Assembly: GCA_951406725.2 (NCBI GenBank)
Contig: OX597827.1
Location: 33,232,001-33,296,000, forward strand
DNA length: 64,000 nucleotides
Source: Octopus vulgaris
Lineage: Eukaryota
Reading direction: 5' to 3'
Shown: positions 59,414-64,000 of the stretch, one piece after another
Numbering within the stretch: position 1 is the first letter of the stretch
Layout: every line of letters begins with the position of its first letter
Made by a program: the position numbers and the translations under genes
Notes under the pieces: generated by a model
What the model was told of the DNA's origin: nothing
Databases searched by the model: none
What the model saw: the letters and a program-made list of their open reading frames with translations, nothing else

Positions 59414-59873
59414 CATACACACACACACAAGAGGCTTCTTTCCGTTTCCACCAAGCAAGTCCTATCACAAGGCTTGGGTTGGTCAGAGGCTGTAGTTGAA
59501 GACATTTGCTCAAGGTACCACCCAGTGGGTCTGAACTCAGAACCATGTGGTTCGGAAGCAAACTTCTTACCACACAGAGCAGAGAAAAACAAGAAATGTG
59601 CACAGCACACACATACACACAACAACAACAAAACAAAAAGTTAAATTATAAATAGGTGTGGTCATCTGGTTAGGAGTTTGCTCTCCAATCACATGGTTCC
59701 AGGTTCAGTCCAACTGTGTGGCACCTTGGGCTAATGGCTTTAACTATGTCCCCTGGCTGACCAAAGCTTTTTGAGTTGATTTGGTAGACGGAAACTGAAA
59801 GAATCCTGTCATATGCATGTGTGTGTATCTGTGTTTGCCCAATGCTTGACAACTGGTGCTGGTGTATTTATGT

Positions 59874-60171
59874 CAGAGCTATGGAGACGGAGTCATAGAG
59901 TTGGAAACAATTAAGGGGGAGTTGAAGTCAGTAAAACTATACTGACTCCGACTCACAATGTCTTTATTCTTTAATATAAACCAGTTATAACATATAAGTC
60001 TACTAAAAGTACAAGCATATGCATTATGAGATAAGAAGACTACAATCAATTACATAAAGAGGAGTCAGACTCAGAGATGTCAATAGTAGAGGAGTCAGAG
60101 TTGGAGGCACCAATAGTAGAGGAGTCAGAGGTGCAGTCAAAGTTTTTTTTAATTTTGACTCCACAGCCCTG
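59874..60171. mobile_element. hAT-like MITE with GGAGTC subterminal repeats, inserted in a SINE
   Basis: TIR cagagctatggag / ctccacagccctg; TSD (a/g)tttatgt. Confidence 0.75.
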
Positions 60172-63000
60172 GTTTATGTCCCTATAATTTAGTAATTCAG
60201 AAAAAAAAAAGAAAAAACCTGATAGAACAAGTACCAGGCTTAAAATAAAATCAAGGTTGTTGACATGGGTTAAACAGCAAAACTGAAGAGTAAGGTGGAG
60301 TGAAAAACAAGCTTGGATATATATAAATGGCTGCTGTTTCTAGCAAGTCAAGTGACCACATAGAGGCTTCCTCGAGCCCTATAAGCTAAATAAGTGATAT
60401 TTGGAGATGACCTACTAAGAAAGAGAAAGACAAGACAGAGCAACCTATGTCTTTAATACAAGTTAAACACAAAAGTACAACTTGTATTATAATATACAAA
60501 AGAATTTAAAGTTTTACCTTTGAAAGGTCAAAAGATGGGTTAACAAAAGAGTTGTAAGCTAACTGAATTGACTCAGGTACACCTATACAGTTGCTTGATC
60601 TGCTGGAATTCATAGCTAAACCTGCCAACCCTTTTGATATCAACCTGCCTGCAACTACTCAAGCAGTGATTTAGGTGTTGGCATGGCTGTGTGTTTAAGA
60701 AGCTTGCTTGCTAACCATGTGATTTGAGGTTCAATCCCACTGCATGGCACCTTGGGCAAGTGTCTCCGACAACAGCCCAAGGTGATAGTATCTCACCTAA
60801 ATATTCTACCTGTTTGGCCTATCATAACTTATTCTAAAAATAGTCACACCATCCAATCATGCATGGTTAATTTAAAACAACCATCATCATCATTTAACGT
60901 CTGTTTTCCATTTTGGCATGGATTGGATGATTCAAGAGGAGTTGGTCAGCTCAAGAGCTGCCTGGGTACCATGTCAGTTTTGGCATGGTTTCTATGGCTG
61001 GATGTCCTTCCGAACACCAACCGCTTTATAGAGTGTACTGAGTGCTTTTACGCATCACCAGCATGAGTACTTCTACACAGGTGCTTTTATGTGGCCCCAG
61101 CACTCACAAGCCTTCAAGATTAGGAACACTCTGCTGGAAAGGGATGCAGGGGACATGCCTGTATGCAAGGACAACCACGATTTATAAATGAATAAGCATT
61201 ACATTCGACAGAGTAACTTGAATGCTGAAAGGTTAAAATAATGAAATAAATACCAATTTCTAAAAGAAAAATATTCATTACCTGAAAATAAAATTCTCAT
61301 TTGTATTACTCCTCCCACAACTAGTCATTTACTCCCTATTCTCTTCCTCTGTCGCTTTGATTCTTTCTCTCTCACTGTACATGTAAATGTGTATAGCATT
61401 CTTTCACTCATTGCCTACCACCAAGCCGAGTATGTGCATCATCTAGCACCTGTTACTTAGTTCTCTGTATCTCACTTTTACTCTTCTCTTCCTCTCTCCG
61501 AACAATGTAAAGCATGACTGGTGAAACGAACCAACTGTATTTTGCCAGCCTAGGCCATTACTATACAGAGATCATAACTATTTTGACATCCACTTTTCCT
61601 TGCTTGTATGGATCAGATAAAATTGTTGAGGCAGACTTTTTCTCTGGCTGGATGCTTTTTTTTATTGGCAACTCTCACCTGTTTCCAAATGAGTTAATAT
61701 TTCCCCTTGTCCTTTTACACAACAAACAGCTCAATGGCCAGACATGCTTTTGTGGACAATTGCAAACAAATGACACCGTTTGACTTATTTACAATTAGCA
61801 AGTACATACCAGGACAAAGAGAAGACACATTCACACACAAACACACATATATTTACATGATATAACAAACAATAGCATTGTTCAGCATCTATCTTCCATG
61901 CTGGCATAGATTAGATGGTTTGGCAAGATCTTACAAGCCATTTAGCTCTGATATCTACTTCGGCATCATTTCTGCAGCTGAATGCCCTTCCCAACACCAA
62001 CCAATTTACACAGGGTACTTGGTACCTTTTCCTGTTGCACTGGAACAAATAAGGTGACCAAGTATTTCACAAGACAAGACTCCTTGACTGAGCAGGGATG
62101 TATTACTGAGAATGGGGCGGCTTTATGCCAGATGAGAGAGGGTATAAAGTAAGAGAGAGTGGACAGGAACAGGTGTCACACAGTAGAGAAGATATATGGC
62201 TGACCCAGCTGGAAAGAGAAAATAATAAAAAAAAAAAAAGAGTCCAAGGTGAATATAAGAAAAAGTAGATCAGAGGATCAGACAAGGTGAGCAGGTAGGT
62301 AAGTTTGTGAGAGTGTGAAAGGGGTTTACCTATATACATCACAAAAAAGCCCTTATGACCAATTAAGAGATGAAGGCTCTGAGCTTCAAGTGATGTTGCC
62401 ATTTCTCTTGCCAACAAATAAGCCCTTGAAGACATGAAATAAGAGACCCTTTGCTAGAAAATCAGGTAGGGGTGAGCAACTCAAAACACACAACTGTAAA
62501 ACACAGCTTCAATAATATATTCATCTAATCAGTGCAAGAATGGTAACAGTAATTAAGGGCAGTTGCAGACTAAGTGCAAATAATGGTGCTCAATGATATG
62601 TATCATTTGTCCCTCTATACTGTATCCTTATTACTGTCCTTTGTCACCTTTTCCTCCCTGAGCCTTTCCTATTCCCTTTATTTCCTCCTAAACTTTTATC
62701 CACTGCATCAGCTTCAATCTCCATCACTAATCATCTCTCATCTTCTCACAAACTTACGAATCCACCCACTATTTCTGTTCCTCTATCCCTAGTCTCTCAC
62801 TTATATTCACTTTGTAACCTAAGGGTACACCCTCATCATCTTGCTTTCCAACAGGAAAAGCCATGTATTTGCCTCTTCAGTAAGATACCTGCTCCTGTGC
62901 CTCTGTCATACTTTTACACCATCATTATTTCATATCTGTTTTCCATGCTGGTATGGGTTGGATGGTAGGGCTGCATCAGTTACCAGTTGTCTATTTTGGA

Positions 63001-63488
63001 ATGTACATTATTTACATATGACGGATATTTGTCCTCATCTTGTTTGTTGTTAACACGTTTCAGCTGATATACCTTCCAGCCTTCATCAGGTGTCTTGAGG
63101 AAATTTCGAACCTGGGTTCTTGTTCCTAAGGTATTTTTCAATATTATTGTTATTATTCAGGTCACTGCCTGGAATTGAACTCGGAATCTTGGGGTTAGTA
63201 GCCTATGCTCTTAACCACTACAGGCATATGGTAAAGAGTGGTTAAGAGCATAGGCTACTAACCCCAAGATACCGAGTTCGATTCCAGGCAGTGACCTGAA
63301 TATTAATAATAATAATAACATCGAAAAATACCTTAGGAATGAGAACCCAGATTTGAAATTTTCCCAAGACACCTGATGAAGGCTGGAGGGTATATCAGCT
63401 GAAATGTTGTGCTAACAACAAGATGAGGATAAATATCCATTAAATGTAAATAATGTACATAATTCCTCATCTCTTAAATATAGAACTG
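63001..63488. mobile_element. Palindromic tRNA-head + hammerhead element, copy 2, 12-bp TSD
   Basis: ~220-bp inverted arms; tattttggaatg at 62992-63003 and 63489-63500; splits a minus-strand RTE-tail repeat. Confidence 0.8.
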
Positions 63489-64000
63489 TATTTTGGAATG
63501 GCTTCTGCGGCTAGATGCCCTCCCTAATGTCAACCACTTTGCAGAGTGTACTTTAATACTATACCAAACCCAGATGAGAGGTCTTGTCTTACAAGTATTT
63601 GGTGATCTCATTAGTGTCAGTGCCTTGGAAAAAGCAACTAATATACTGTGTAAAGTGGTTGGTAATAGGAAGGGCACCTAGCTGTCGAAAAACATGTCAA
63701 AGCAGACATTGAAGCAAGGCACAGTCTTCAGGCTTATCAATTCCTGTCGAACCATCTGACCCATGCCAGCATGGAAAATGGATATTAAATGGTGATGAAG
63801 ATAAATTGGATGGAATGCAGAGCAATTAAGGAAAGGCATGTAGGTTACACAGAAACTGGGCCACAAGAGGAAACCCTGGAGTTGATGCAAAAGCCAACAC
63901 ACAAAGAGAAAATGCACAGCTAACACAGAAACTAGTCCGACCAATGAAGGAACCTCTATGTGGTTGCAAGACCTGCTAAAAATAGCAACCAAACCTTCTG

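Noticed and set aside
63237-63297. tRNA gene (also SINE heads at 12719, 26748, 28233)
   Set aside because: A/B boxes present but no complete acceptor stem; embedded in repeats with tails or TSDs.

Overview
AT-rich, repeat-dense animal genomic DNA. The SINE/RTE repertoire and huge (TA/CA)n arrays suggest an octopus or other coleoid cephalopod (inference). Most of the window is one minus-strand gene for an Arkadia-family (RNF111/RNF165-like) SUMO-targeted RING-H2 E3 ligase. I reconstructed 11 GT-AG exons from 48354 to 3271 (3876 nt, all splice phases compatible, ~1291 aa); the start exon was not located. The introns hold a decayed mariner, a decayed piggyBac, RTE, CR1-like and Penelope-like fragments, non-autonomous Helitron/Helentron-like elements, hAT and TTAA MITEs, many SINEs, a 7x250-bp satellite and long microsatellites. 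The most unusual signal is about a dozen type I hammerhead-ribozyme motifs in five repeat families. These include a ~385-bp circularly permuted, terminally redundant unit resembling a non-LTR retrozyme (58890-59380) and a palindromic tRNA-promoter+hammerhead element present twice (21238-21628, 63001-63488). All alignments and folds were done by eye; repeat boundaries are approximate.
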